Shown piece after piece: positions 40,570-51,425 of a stretch of 64,000 nt of DNA. The position numbers and the translations under genes were made by a program. Positions within the stretch are counted from its first letter, which is position 1. Every line of letters starts with the position of its first letter. Below the pieces are notes generated by a model that was not told the origin of the DNA, made no database searches, and was given only the letters and a program-made list of their open reading frames with translations. This DNA comes from an uncultured Chloroflexia bacterium (GTDB taxonomy: Bacteria; Chloroflexota; Limnocylindria; Limnocylindrales; CSP1-4): NCBI GenBank assembly GCA_963734535.1, contig CAVTHS010000006.1, positions 192,001 through 256,000 on the forward strand. The letters run 5' to 3'.

Positions 40570-40836
40570 ACGGGAGGAACCTCGTCAGGGCGTACGGGAA
40601 GCGTACCCGAACGCCCTGACGCACGACCGGCCGGGAGGCATGCGGCCGGTCGCGTGCGCACCGGACCCCACCGCACGCAACGGACGGTGACGGTGAGCAC
40701 CGCAAGATCGTCAGTAGGGGCCACCCGACCGTCTCATTTCCGGTCCCATGGCGTGTAGAGTCGCCGCTGCGGCACGGCGTGCCGACCGACCGCCTCGGGT
40801 ACGGCGGATGCACAGGTCGAAAACGGGAAGGATCTC

Positions 40837-41801
40837 GTGTCGCCAGAACAGCTGACCTACGTCCTCATTGCGCTCATCGTGGCGGGTCTTGCCCTGGGTC
40901 TCCTGGTCGTCGTCGCCCTCCTTGCCCGGAGACGCGACACGGGCCCTTCCAGGCAGGCGGAACGGCTCTTCGCCGCGGCCAGGACCGCACCAATCGCGCG
41001 TCCCGGGGGAACGCCGCCCGCCGCGGCGCCCGACCCGGTCCACGCGGACAGCCCCGAACCCGGTCCTGCATCGCGCGTCGCGGTGGAGGGTGGATCGGTC
41101 GCATTCGACGCGCGCGACGCCCGGGCGGGATTCGGGCCGCCGACGCCGCACCGGCGGCCCGGGACCTTCGGGCCGCCGACGCCGCCACCGAGGCGAGCCG
41201 GCGCTTTCCCGTCGGCGACCGCCATCACGAACCCGGCGCCGAGGCGGCCATCGCCGGATTCCTCGCCCTCGAGCCGGGGCGCGTCCCGAATGAAGGCCCG
41301 ACGCCCGACCCGACCATCGATCCGCTCACGGGGCTCGACACGCTGTTCGCCTGGGAGCGGACGCTGGCCGAGGAGAACTATCGCTACGTCCGGTACCGCC
41401 GGCCGGTGAGCGTCGTCGTGGCCGAGGTCGACGGCCTCAGCCGCCTCGTCGATCGCTTCGGGGCCGAGCCGGCCCGCCGGGTGCTCCCTGCCGTCGGCGA
41501 TGCGATGCGCCGCCTCGCACGCCGCACCGACAAGGTCGCCCACGTGGGCGGCGGCCGCTTCCTGGTCCTGCTCCCCGAGACGGACGAGGTCGCCGCGATC
41601 AACTACGTGGAGCGCGTGCGAGTCGCCTGCGAGCGCTGGCTCGAGTCGGGCGCCGTCGCCCTCCACCTCTCGATCGGCTGGGCAAGCCCGACCGCCGTGG
41701 GTGAGCTCGACACCGCGATGCGCGCGGCCGAGGAGCGGATGTACGCGGAGCGCCGTCGCGCGTCGCGGCAGGGGAGTGCCGGCGCCGATCCGGCGCACTG
41801 A
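40837..41801 (+). CDS. Membrane-anchored degenerate GGDEF-domain protein; indel in the linker
   Basis: N-terminal TM (ORF 40837); IDPLTGL, RRTDKVAHVGGGRFLVLLP, SIGWA, AEERMY (ORF ending 41801). Confidence 0.8.
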
Positions 41802-41906
41802 GCGGCGCGCGCGCGTGCGGGTCGCTCAGCGCGCCCACGCCGCTGTCCCCGTGTTCCGGGGTTGCGGCCGGCCCGCCAGTGCCCGGCGGCCGGTCGCAGC
41901 CTCCCG

Positions 41907-43083
41907 TCAGACGACGGGCTCCGTGAGCATGATCGGGAGGCCGACCTTGTTCCCGTATTGGGGGCGGAAACGGTCCGCGTTGTACTGCCGCGCGACGTCG
42001 ACGGTCCGGGCCCCCGGTTCCGGGATCGGGCAGAAGCCGTAGCGGCCGTCCCGGATCGCCGTCATGTAGCCCGACTTGCCGTCCACGACGAGCTCCATCG
42101 CCACGTTCGCGAACGTGATCGCGACCATCTGGTCGAGGGCGTCCGGGTCGCCGGAGCGGAGGTCGTAGGTCAGCTCGGAGTCGACGGTCTCGATCCCGGT
42201 CCGGTGGCGGATCTCGTTGGCCAGGAACTCGCCGATGCTCGCCTTGTGGCGATGCCCGTACGCGTCCGCCTCGCCGACCTCCTTGAGCTCCATCCCAACG
42301 GGCAGTGCGCCCTCCGACGCGATCACGAATGAGTAGCGGCTCGGATTGTTGCGGCGATCCTCCACGAGCACGTCCACGAGGCGCTGGAGATCGAAGCGGG
42401 ACTCCGGGATCACGCAGCGCGCCGAGGTCACGTAGGCGGTGTAGAGGGCGGTGAACCCGGCATTCCGGCCGAAGATCCGGAAGACGCCGATTCGCTCGTG
42501 CGAGCCCAGGGTCGTCCGCTGCCGGTTGATCGCGTCCTTCGCCCGGGTAACGGCCGTCGAGAAGCCGATGCAGTACTCGGTCCCGTGGACATCGTTGTCC
42601 ATTGTCTTGGGGATCGCGATGATCTGGACGCCCGGCGTCCGCGAGCACCTTCGAGTAGGAGAGGGTGTCGTCCCCGCCGATGGAGATCAGCGTGTCGATC
42701 CCCAGGCGCTCGAGGTTCTCGAGCACGATGGGCGTGAAGTCGTAGATCCCATCTCCCGTCTGGAGCCCAGCCAGCCGGTCGGAGCCCACGAAGTCGGGCA
42801 GGTTGCCGGCCCGCATGCGTTTCGGGTTGGTCCGCGACGAGTGGAGCGCCGTCCCGCCCGTCCGGTCGATCGTCCGCGTGTTGACCCGGTCGAGCGGGCG
42901 CACGTAGTCGTTGTCGGGCTCGGGACCCGGCCGCATGTGGGTCAGCGATTCCCAGCCGCGCCGGAGTCCGAGCACGTCGAACCCGAGCTCGGTGGACCGG
43001 TAGACGACGCTCTTGATGACGGAGTTGAGGCCGGGGACGTCACCCCCGCCCGTGAGGATGCCGATGCGGTGCGAGCTTGACAT
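41907..43083 (-). CDS. pfkA: 6-phosphofructokinase, probably PPi-dependent; indel near 42630
   Basis: LTGGGDVPGLN, GGTALHSSR, IGGDDT, PKTMDND, FGRNAG, SEG, YDLRSG. Confidence 0.9.
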
Positions 43084-43267
43084 GGGGCGATGGCGCTCCT
43101 GGCGTTGAGTCAGCGGTCCCATGGTAGCCCGCGGACGAAGCGTCGCGGTCGGGCCGGAGGTCACGCGCTGGCGGTCGCTTGCGCCCGCGCGGGGCCGCTG
43201 CGTACGTTCTGGCGGTCGTGCGCCCACGCCGGGCCCGGACGCGAGCCGGTCGCGACCCGCCGGACTG

Positions 43268-44518
43268 TCAGCCGCGGCGATGCACCAGCTCTGCCTTGTG
43301 CCGGTGCTCGGGCAGCCGGGCCTCCCCGCGCCCGCCGCCGGAGAACGTGTGGATCGGCTTCGGCGGCGTCTCCGGGTCGGGCAGGAAGCGCTCGATCACC
43401 TCCACGGGGATGGCTCGCTTCAGCAGGCGCTGGATTGCCCGCAGCAGGTCCACCTCGTCCGGGCAGGCGAGCGCGATCGCGATGCCGGACTGGCCGGCGC
43501 GGCCGGTCCGGCCGATACGGTGGACGTAGTCCTCCGCCTTGACCGGCAGCTCGTAGTTGACGACGACCGGGAGCTCCTCGATATCGAGCCCGCGGGAGGC
43601 CACGTCCGTCGCCACCAGGACCCGGACCTCGCCCGCCTTGAAGTCCTTGAGGGCCCGCAGTCGCTCTGCCTGCGTCCGGTCCGAGTGGATGGCCGTGGCC
43701 GCGACGCCGTGCCGGTCGAGCTCCGACGCCAGCCGTCGCGCGGCGACCTTGGTGCGCGTGAAGACGAGCACCTGCTGGAGATCGTGCGTCCGGACGAGGT
43801 GCTCCAGCAGCTCGGTCTTGCGCTCCCGGTCGACCGGGTAGAGCACCTGGCGGACCATCTCCGGCGGGGCGTTCCGGCGAGCCACCTCCAGCGTGGCCGG
43901 CTCGGTGAGGAACTCGCGGGCGAGCCGCCGGATCTCGTCGGAGAACGTGGCCGAGAAGAGCAGCGTCTGCTTCCGGTTGGGCATCAGCGCGAGGATCCGG
44001 CGGATGTCCGGGATGAACCCCATGTCGAGCATCCGGTCGCCCTCGTCGAGGACGAGGATCTCCACCTGCCCGAGGTTCGCGGCGCGTTGACCCACGAGGT
44101 CCAGGAGCCTGCCGGGCGTGGCGACCAGCAGCTCCACGCCGGCGCGCAGCTCCTTGATCTGGGGGTCCAGCGGGACGCCGCCGTACACGACCGTGCTCCG
44201 GAGCGGGACGTGGCGGCCGTAGGCCGTCGCCATCTCGTTGACCTGGATCGCGAGCTCGCGGGTCGGCGCGAGCACGAGCGCGCGGACCGGATGCCGCGCC
44301 GGTGAGAACGACGTGTTCGCGTACGGCTTGAGTCGCTCGAAGATCGGCAGCACGAACGCGGCCGTCTTGCCCGTCCCGGTCTGGGCGGCTCCCATCAGGT
44401 CACGGCCGGCGAGCACGAGCGGGATGGCCTGTGACTGGATCGGCGTTGGCGTGGTGTAGCCGGCGTCGGCCACTGCGCGGAGGAGTTCGGCCGACAGGCC
44501 CAAGGATTCGAAGGTCAC
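43268..44518 (-). CDS. rhlE: DEAD-box RNA helicase (RhlE-like)
   Basis: [42 protein letters not shown]. Confidence 0.92.
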   Translation of the reverse strand: MTFESLGLSAELLRAVADAGYTTPTPIQSQAIPLVLAGRDLMGAAQTGTGKTAAFVLPIFERLKPYANTSFSPARHPVRALVLAPTRELAIQVNEMATAYGRHVPLRSTVVYGGVPLDPQIKELRAGVELLVATPGRLLDLVGQRAANLGQVEILVLDEGDRMLDMGFIPDIRRILALMPNRKQTLLFSATFSDEIRRLAREFLTEPATLEVARRNAPPEMVRQVLYPVDRERKTELLEHLVRTHDLQQVLVFTRTKVAARRLASELDRHGVAATAIHSDRTQAERLRALKDFKAGEVRVLVATDVASRGLDIEELPVVVNYELPVKAEDYVHRIGRTGRAGQSGIAIALACPDEVDLLRAIQRLLKRAIPVEVIERFLPDPETPPKPIHTFSGGGRGEARLPEHRHKAELVHRRG

Positions 44519-44571
44519 GTGGGTGCAGCATACTGGAACGGACGCTGAGACCGCGCCAGGGAGGACGGAAG

Positions 44572-45487
44572 ATGGCCAAGACGAAGGCGCACGGAGGGAG
44601 CTCCGCGACCGCGGCGGGGCGCAACCGCCGCCCGGAGCGCGACGCGCTGAGCATCCCGGCCGCGGCGATGAACGACGGCGCCGCGACCGCCGCCGAGCCC
44701 GCGAGCGCCGCCGGCCCGAGCCGGAAGGAGTACGAGGCACGGCTCCGGCAGCTCGACGTCGAGCTCGTCAAGTGGCAGGAGTGGATCAAGGCACGCGGCC
44801 TCAAGGTGGTGGCGATCTTCGAGGGGCGTGACGCCGCCGGCAAGGGCGGCGCGATCAAGCGGATCATGGAGCCCCTCAATCCGCGCTTCGCGCGGGTCGC
44901 GGCGCTCCCGGCACCCACCGAGCGCGAACGGTCGCAGTGGTACTTCCAGCGCTACGTGGCCCACCTGCCCGGCCGCCGGCGAGATCGTCCTGTTCGACCG
45001 CAGCTGGTACAACCGGGCCGGCGTGGAGCGGGTGATGGGCTTCTGCTCCGAGGAGGAGTACCAGGAGTTCCTGCGCTCGTGCCCCGAGTTCGAGCGGATG
45101 CTCGTCCGCAGCGGGATCATCCTCATCAAGTACTGGTTCAGCGTCTCCGACGCGGAGCAGGAGCGCCGCTTCCAGGACCGCCTGGACGACCCGACGAAGC
45201 GCTGGAAGCTCTCGCCGATGGACGTGGAGAGCCGCGCCAGATGGCTCGACTACTCGAAGGCGAAGGACGAGATGTTCGCCCACACGGACTTCAAGCAGGC
45301 TCCCTGGTGGGTGGTCCGGAGCGACGACAAGAAGCGCGCCCGCCTGAACGTGATCACCCACCTGCTGAGCCAGGTCCCCTACGAGGACCTGACACCCGAG
45401 CCGATCGTCCTCCCGCCACGCCAGAAGGACACGGGCTACGTCCGGCCGCCGATGAGCGACCAGACCTTCATCCCGGAACCCTTCTGA
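44572..45487 (+). CDS. ppk2: Polyphosphate kinase 2; indel near 44970
   Basis: [43 protein letters not shown]. Confidence 0.93.
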
Positions 45488-45511
45488 GCACCGGACGAAC
45501 CCCGCGATCCG

Positions 45512-45936
45512 GTGGGCCCAGGCCCGCGAGGTGACCATGAGACCGAGCGGTCGACGCTGCTGACCGCCTGCGGGCGGCTGCTCGGCTCGATCGGCCTGCT
45601 CCTGCTCGTCGTGCTGCTCCCCGCCACGTTTCTCGTGGTGGCCGGCACGCTGGGCCTCGTGTCCGCGCCGGGCTGGGCGGGCGACAACACGACCACCTTC
45701 GGCTTCTTCCTGGTGGTGGTGCCGACCGGCATCGCGCTCGCCACCATCCACTTCCTGCTCGGCGGCCTGATCCTCGCGCGCCGCTTCTGGCCCGTGGTCG
45801 TCACGTCCTCCTCGTCCTCGCGGTGGTCACGCTGTTCCCGCTGGGCCTCCGCATCAGCTGGCCGTTCCTGAGCCTGACCCTGCTCTACACGGCGAGCCTG
45901 CTGCTCACGATCGCGCGGCAGAGCGAGTTCGGGTGA
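45512..45936 (+). CDS. Hypothetical membrane protein (about 4 TM); indel near 45805
   Basis: Hydrophobic segments continue after a frame change to ...[16 protein letters not shown]-coupled to ybaK. Confidence 0.5.
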
Positions 45937-46440
45937 GCGGACGCGGGACGCCGCGCCCTGGCGGTCCTGGCGGCCGCGGGGACCGCACACGTGATCCACG
46001 AATACGAGGCGCCGGAGGGGACCGGCGGGCGCGATCGTGACGCGCGGCCCCACTACGGGCTGGATGCCGCTGCCGCGCTCGGCGTCGAGCCGGATCGCAT
46101 CTTCAAGACGCTCGTGGCGAGCGTCGACGGCCGTCTCGTCGTCGGCGTGGTGCCCGTGTCCGGCGAGCTCGACCTCAAGGCGGTCGCGGCGGTCGCGGGC
46201 GGCCGTCGCGCCGATCTCGCGGAGCCGGAGGCGGCGCAACGGGCCAGCGGTTCGGTCATCGGCGGGATCAGCCCGCTCGGCCACCGCCGACCGATGCCCG
46301 TCTACGTGGACGCCTCGGCCTCGGTCTTCGGGACGATCTTCGTGAGCGGCGGGCGCCGCGGGCTCCAGGTTGAGCTGGCGCCCGAAGACCTGGTCCGCCT
46401 CACCGGCGCCACGGTCGCCCGGATCGGCCGCGCGCGCTGA
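45933..46440 (+). CDS. ybaK: Cys-tRNA(Pro) deacylase; probable indel near 45950
   Basis: IHEY, IFKTLV, LDLKA, GGISPLG, SGGRRGLQVELAP. Confidence 0.9.
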
Positions 46441-46510
46441 CCGGTCACCGCGCCGGATGCCGCGCGGCGCTGCCGTCGAGCAGGCAGGCTAGCCCGTGGC
46501 CGACGCAGCG

Positions 46511-47752
46511 TCAGCCGATCGTGACCTGGCCGACTCCCCCGCGCACGGCGATCTCGACGCGGTTGGGGTTGGCGTCGAAGTCGGGGGACGCCCACGCCGC
46601 GCCGTCCCGCGTCCGCGGGAAGCGGCTCGTGTCGACATCCGTGGTCCCGATGGCCATCGTGCTCGTGATGCGGGCGGCCACGCCGGCCGGGACGCGGAAG
46701 CGCATCTGCGCCGCGCCGCCCTCAGCGCTGACCCGCGTCACGCCGGTGGCCGGGAGGGTCACCCGTGACTGGGCCGCGCCCGTCCGGAGGCGAAGGTCCG
46801 TGACATGGAGCCCGCTCAGGTCGAGCTCGTTGTCGGAAGCGCCGGTCTCCACCTCCAGGCGCAGCGGGACCTCCGCGGTGAGGCCAAGGCGCCACTCGAA
46901 CGGGGCGCGTCCCCAGTCCCAGCTCCACGAGGCGGGATGGGGCGTCGTGAGCCGAACGCGCCCCGCACCGGCGGGCGACGCGCTCACGCCCCCCTGGAAC
47001 GTGCCATCTACCAGCAGCCCGCTCGCAGCCTGACCCACCAACAGCGTGCCGGCGCCGAACGCGATCCGGACCTCGGCGTCAGAGGCTCCCTCGAGGGCCA
47101 GCGCGAGGGCCTGCGCGGTGCCGCCGGCGCTGGGCGCCGCTGCGGACCCGGGCCGCGTCCCGGGGCCGCCGGCCGTCCAGGCCGTCGCACCCGGGGCCGA
47201 CGGCCAGGAGCGGCGACGCCAGGGCCCGGGAATGATCGCGCCCACGAGGATCGCCGCGCCGATCCCGATGATGACGATCGGCACCGAGACACTGGTGAGG
47301 CCGGCGAACCGGTCGCCGTTGAGGTGGAGAAGGCCCTCGAAGAACAGGAAGCCGACGAGGAAGATCACGATCCCGGTGATGAGCGAGGTGAGCCCTCCCC
47401 GCGCGATGTCGCCGCGGCGCGTCAGGAGGCCGTACAGCAGGAGCCCGACGCCGACGCCGCCGGGGGCAACCAGCGCCCACGCGTATGCCCAGCTCGCGTA
47501 CGTCCCGGTCGCGTCCTGGACCGCGAGCAGCGTGCCGACTGCGGTCACGATCCCGCCAACGGCCGCGAGGCCCGAGCCTCCCGGTTCGGGGAGCGCGAAC
47601 GCTGCGACGAGCAGGGCCAGGCCGGGCAGGATCACCCAGCCGGGCCACCCGATCGCCACGCCGGACACGCGGACGGCGAGGGCGGCGCCCCCGAGGACGA
47701 TGAGGAGGGCGCCGACCATGAACGCGCCGCGCGAGGTGCCTGATTCGTGCAT
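46511..47752 (-). CDS. LiaF/LiaI-like membrane protein with C-terminal beta-solenoid (toast-rack-like) domain
   Basis: TM helices incl. SWAYAWALV; C-terminal FGAGTL, ETGASDNELDLSGL, TGAAQSRVTLP, GGVGQVTI. Confidence 0.65.
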   Translation of the reverse strand: MHESGTSRGAFMVGALLIVLGGAALAVRVSGVAIGWPGWVILPGLALLVAAFALPEPGGSGLAAVGGIVTAVGTLLAVQDATGTYASWAYAWALVAPGGVGVGLLLYGLLTRRGDIARGGLTSLITGIVIFLVGFLFFEGLLHLNGDRFAGLTSVSVPIVIIGIGAAILVGAIIPGPWRRRSWPSAPGATAWTAGGPGTRPGSAAAPSAGGTAQALALALEGASDAEVRIAFGAGTLLVGQAASGLLVDGTFQGGVSASPAGAGRVRLTTPHPASWSWDWGRAPFEWRLGLTAEVPLRLEVETGASDNELDLSGLHVTDLRLRTGAAQSRVTLPATGVTRVSAEGGAAQMRFRVPAGVAARITSTMAIGTTDVDTSRFPRTRDGAAWASPDFDANPNRVEIAVRGGVGQVTIG

Positions 47753-47791
47753 TGGAATGAACCTCCAAGGGTGGCTGCTCGGCCGGCGGCT

Positions 47792-48304
47792 TCAGGTCCC
47801 GGCGCGCAGCTCGGCGGCGATCTCGTGGGCCCAGGTGCGGACGCGAGGCAGGTCTCGCCAGTCTCCCTCGAGCCCGGCCTTCGCCATGATGGCCATGGCG
47901 AAGCCACCCTGGCGCGGATCCACCCGCCCACCGAACATGGCGCGCCCCCGCGCACCGACCTCGTCGGCCAGCTCGTCGACGCCGTCCGGGTGCGGCACTG
48001 TCTCGGGGTGCCGGGTCGACTTGCCGTCGCCAACCGGACCGCTGCTGAAGAGCCAGACCTTCCGCGTCGCCAGCGCGACACGTTCGCGTCGGATCAGCTC
48101 GAGCGCGGGGATCTCCCAGTGGAACATGTAGACCGCGCTGCCCACGATGACCGCCCCGTACGGCTCGATGGTGAGCACGTCGGACGCCGCGCGAAGGTCC
48201 ACCTCGAAACCGGCCGCGCGCAACGCGTCGGCGATCTCGATTGCCATCTCCTCGGTGCCGTGATGCCGGCTGGCATACGCGACGAGGACGGGTCGTGCGA
48301 GCAT
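47792..48304 (-). CDS. Flavodoxin-domain protein (HemG-like)
   Basis: VLVAYASRHHGT, VIVGSAVY, WLFSSGP, FGG, GDWRD. Confidence 0.88.
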   Translation of the reverse strand: MLARPVLVAYASRHHGTEEMAIEIADALRAAGFEVDLRAASDVLTIEPYGAVIVGSAVYMFHWEIPALELIRRERVALATRKVWLFSSGPVGDGKSTRHPETVPHPDGVDELADEVGARGRAMFGGRVDPRQGGFAMAIMAKAGLEGDWRDLPRVRTWAHEIAAELRAGT

Positions 48305-48440
48305 CTGGGGCAACCTCCACGGGTGAGCCTCGCCGAGCATGGGGTGCCTGCCGGGTCCCGAGAAGGGACCTCCGGCACGGACGGAGGGGCCGGCCGGCCG
48401 AAAAGGCGGGCGTGGAGACGAACCGTCGTACCATCGGGCA

Positions 48441-49016
48441 ATGACAACGACCCGACCCGCCTCACTCCCGTTCACCGGTGACCCCGTGGCCGACGCGCTC
48501 CTTGCGAGCGAGCCGCTCGCCCTCCTCATCGGGTTCGTGCTGGACCAGCAGGTCACCGTCCAGAAGGCGTTCGCCGGCCCCGCGGAGCTGCGCAGGCGGC
48601 TCGGCACGCTCGACGCCGCGGCGCTCGCCGCGATCGAGCCGGGCGCGTTCGCGGCCGCGTTCGCGGAACGCCCCGCCCTCCACCGGTTCCCGGGCGCCAT
48701 GGCCGCTCGTGTCCAGGAGCTGTGCACGGTGATCGCGCGCGATCATGCCGGCGATGCCAGCCGGGTCTGGACTGAGGCGGGGAACGGCGTCGATCTCGAA
48801 CGGCGTCTGCGCGCCCTTCCCGGGATCGGGGAGATGAAGGCGCGTACGCTGATCGGGCTGCTCGCCAGGCGTTTCGACGTCCGGCCGCCGGGCTGGGAAG
48901 CAGTGGCTCCCAGCCAGCCGACGCTCGCGGACGTGGACTCGGCAGAGGCGCTCGCGCAGTACCAGGAGCAGAAGCGAGCCTGGAAGGCGAGCCAGAAGGC
49001 CGCCGCGGGAGGCTAG
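48441..49016 (+). CDS. HhH-GPD superfamily protein
   Basis: LLIGFVLDQQV, HRFPGAMA, LPGIGEMKA, ADVDS. Confidence 0.88.
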   Translation: MTTTRPASLPFTGDPVADALLASEPLALLIGFVLDQQVTVQKAFAGPAELRRRLGTLDAAALAAIEPGAFAAAFAERPALHRFPGAMAARVQELCTVIARDHAGDASRVWTEAGNGVDLERRLRALPGIGEMKARTLIGLLARRFDVRPPGWEAVAPSQPTLADVDSAEALAQYQEQKRAWKASQKAAAGG

Positions 49017-49079
49017 CGCTCCCGGCCTCCCCGCGGCGCGGAATGGCGCAGCCCGAGACGCCCGTCCTCCGGTCGCGAC

Positions 49080-49496
49080 CTACGGCGTGGGTGCGCCCCC
49101 GACAAGGGTGCGCACGAGGTGGTCGAGCGTCATCGCCGGATCGGCGGTCAGGCCGGCGTGCACCGACGATGGCTGGATGACCGTCGACGACGGCGCGACC
49201 AGCCAGTGGAAACGCTCCGCCGGCGCGAGCGCCGCGATCGGCCCGGCGCTCGGGTCTCCCGCCGCGATCCGCTCGATCAGGTCGAGGTGCGCCCGGACCT
49301 CGTCCACGTCGCAGCCGGGATCGAGCGAGCGCAGCCGCGCCTCGTCCAGCCGCATCTCCGCGCCGACGAACCGGAGCGGCCGACACAGCAGGACAATCCC
49401 CGCGTTCAGTCGCTCGCCGCGCTCGACGCGCGGCACGACGCGCACGATCGCGTAGGCGAACGGAGACCGCGCGGCTTCAGGCGGCGGCTCGGGCAC
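49080..49496 (-). CDS. DUF3037 domain protein
   Basis: FAYAIVRVVPRVERGERLNAG, RFHWLVAPSSTVIQ, HAGLT. Confidence 0.9.
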   Translation of the reverse strand: MPEPPPEAARSPFAYAIVRVVPRVERGERLNAGIVLLCRPLRFVGAEMRLDEARLRSLDPGCDVDEVRAHLDLIERIAAGDPSAGPIAALAPAERFHWLVAPSSTVIQPSSVHAGLTADPAMTLDHLVRTLVGGAPTP

Positions 49497-50256
49497 GCTC
49501 GGCCTCCTCCACGAACTCGCGCGGCGCCGAGAGCCGCGCCAGCAGGTACGTCACGTACGCGGCGCGGTTCTGGGCCACCGAGGCGAATGCGGGGTCGCCG
49601 GCCAGCCAGGCGTCCGGGACCTCGGCGACGATCTCCTCGAGGAGGCGTGGCGTGACCAGCGGGGCCAGGCGCGCATCCGCCTCCGGGATCGGCGCGGCAA
49701 GCGGGAGCAGCACGTGGTCGGCGATCCACGGGAACGGACGTCGCGCCTGGGCGGCCGGGTCCTCCCAGCGGTGGTGGGCGAAGAGCGCCGCGCCGTGATC
49801 GATACAGAAGACCCGGCCGTGCCAGGTCAGCAGGTTGACGTTCCGCGCGCTTCGGTCCGGGTTCGTGACGAACGCGTCGAACCAGGCGATCGCCGCGGCC
49901 TGCTCGGGATCCGGCCGCGGTCCGATCGCCGGCGCGTAAGCGAGGGCGCCGGGCAGGAAGTCGACACCGAGGTTGGTCCCGGGTGAGCGGTCGAGCAGCT
50001 CCTTGACTTCCCGATGGGCCTCGCCCGCGCCCAGCGCGGGATCGAGCTCGACGAGCACCTGCTCGGGGACGAGGATCCCGAGCGCGCGTCCCAGCTCACC
50101 GGCGATCACCTCGGCAGCAAGGGCCTTCGGACCCTGCCCAGCGCCGTGGAACTTCACCACGTAGAGCCCGTCGTCGTCCGCCTCGCACAGGCCCGGCAGC
50201 GAGCCGCCCTCCCGGAAGGGAGTGACATAGCGGGTCGCGGCGACGGTCCGGAGCAT
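49477..50256 (-). CDS. HipA-like Ser/Thr kinase
   Basis: RYVTPFREGGSLP, YVVKF, NPDRSARNVNLL, IDHGA. Confidence 0.9.
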   Translation of the reverse strand: MLRTVAATRYVTPFREGGSLPGLCEADDDGLYVVKFHGAGQGPKALAAEVIAGELGRALGILVPEQVLVELDPALGAGEAHREVKELLDRSPGTNLGVDFLPGALAYAPAIGPRPDPEQAAAIAWFDAFVTNPDRSARNVNLLTWHGRVFCIDHGAALFAHHRWEDPAAQARRPFPWIADHVLLPLAAPIPEADARLAPLVTPRLLEEIVAEVPDAWLAGDPAFASVAQNRAAYVTYLLARLSAPREFVEEAERARAAA

Positions 50257-50420
50257 GCCCGGCAGTGTACGGGCCGGGCGCGGCCGCGGATGGCCCCCGG
50301 GCCGGGGGCATCCTCGCGGCCGGCGCACGCAGCGTCTCGAGTGGACGTCAGGCGGCCCGACGACCGTATGCTGGCACGACGCGCCGGCCCGGACGCGTCG
50401 TTCGGAAGGGAGCTGGGTTC

Positions 50421-51392
50421 GTGTCACACCAGGACATGCCGCTGGCCGAGATGCGTGCCTACCGTCCCGACCTTGCCGTCCCGCCCGACCTTGACCGGTT
50501 CTGGTCGGACACGCTCGCGGAGGCGCGAGATCACCCGCTCGACGCAACGTTCACGCGGTTCGACAGTGGCCTGCCCGTCCTCGAGACGTTCGACGTGAGC
50601 TTCGCGGGGTTCGGAGGGTCCCCCGTCCGAGCCTGGCTGCACGTGCCGGCGGGGAGCCGGGGTCCGCTGCCCGCGGTGGTCGAGTTCGTCGGCTACGGCG
50701 GCGGGCGCGGCCTGGCCCATGAACGGGTGCTGTGGGCGACCGCCGGGTATGCCCATCTCGTCATGGACACGCGCGGGCAGGGATCGAGCTGGGCGGTCGG
50801 GGATACGCCCGACCCCGACGCGACCGGCGAGCCGTCCCATCCCGGGTTCATGACCCAGGGAATCCTCGATCCGCGGACCTACTACTACCGGCGGATCTAC
50901 ACCGACGCCGTGCGCGCCATCGACGCCGTTCGCGCCCACCCGGCCGTCGACCCGGCGCGAGTGGCGGCCACGGGCGGCAGCCAGGGAGGCGGGATGAGCC
51001 TCGCCGTGGCGGGCCTCGTGGACGACCTCGCAGCGGTGGCTCCCGACGTGCCCTTCCTGTGCGACTTCCCGCGGGCCACGACCTTCGTCGACACGAACCC
51101 GTACGCGGAGGTTGCCCGGTACCTCAAGGCGCATCGCGATCACGTCGAGCAGGCATACCGGACGCTGGCGTACTTCGACGGGGCGATCCTCGGGCGCCGC
51201 GCGACCGCGCCGGCCCTCTTCTCGGTCGCCCTGATGGACGGGATCTGCCCACCCTCGACGGTCTACGCCGCGTTCAACCACTACGCGGGCCCCAGGGAGA
51301 TCCGCGAGTACCCGTTCAACGACCACGAGGGTGGCCAGGGTTTCCACGATCGCGTGAAGATGGCCTGGCTCAGGGAGCGGCTTCGCGCCTGA
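50421..51392 (+). CDS. Acetylxylan esterase / cephalosporin C deacetylase (CE7)
   Basis: DTRGQG, GGSQGG, VPFLCDF, CPPST, HEGG. Confidence 0.93.
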   Translation: MSHQDMPLAEMRAYRPDLAVPPDLDRFWSDTLAEARDHPLDATFTRFDSGLPVLETFDVSFAGFGGSPVRAWLHVPAGSRGPLPAVVEFVGYGGGRGLAHERVLWATAGYAHLVMDTRGQGSSWAVGDTPDPDATGEPSHPGFMTQGILDPRTYYYRRIYTDAVRAIDAVRAHPAVDPARVAATGGSQGGGMSLAVAGLVDDLAAVAPDVPFLCDFPRATTFVDTNPYAEVARYLKAHRDHVEQAYRTLAYFDGAILGRRATAPALFSVALMDGICPPSTVYAAFNHYAGPREIREYPFNDHEGGQGFHDRVKMAWLRERLRA

Positions 51393-51425
51393 GGGGCCTG
51401 GCAGCTGCAGCCGGGGGCCGCGTGT

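Noticed and set aside
47792-48304. True hemG, with 3510..4865 as hemL
   Set aside because: Only family-level similarity and no heme-biosynthesis context, so symbols were withheld
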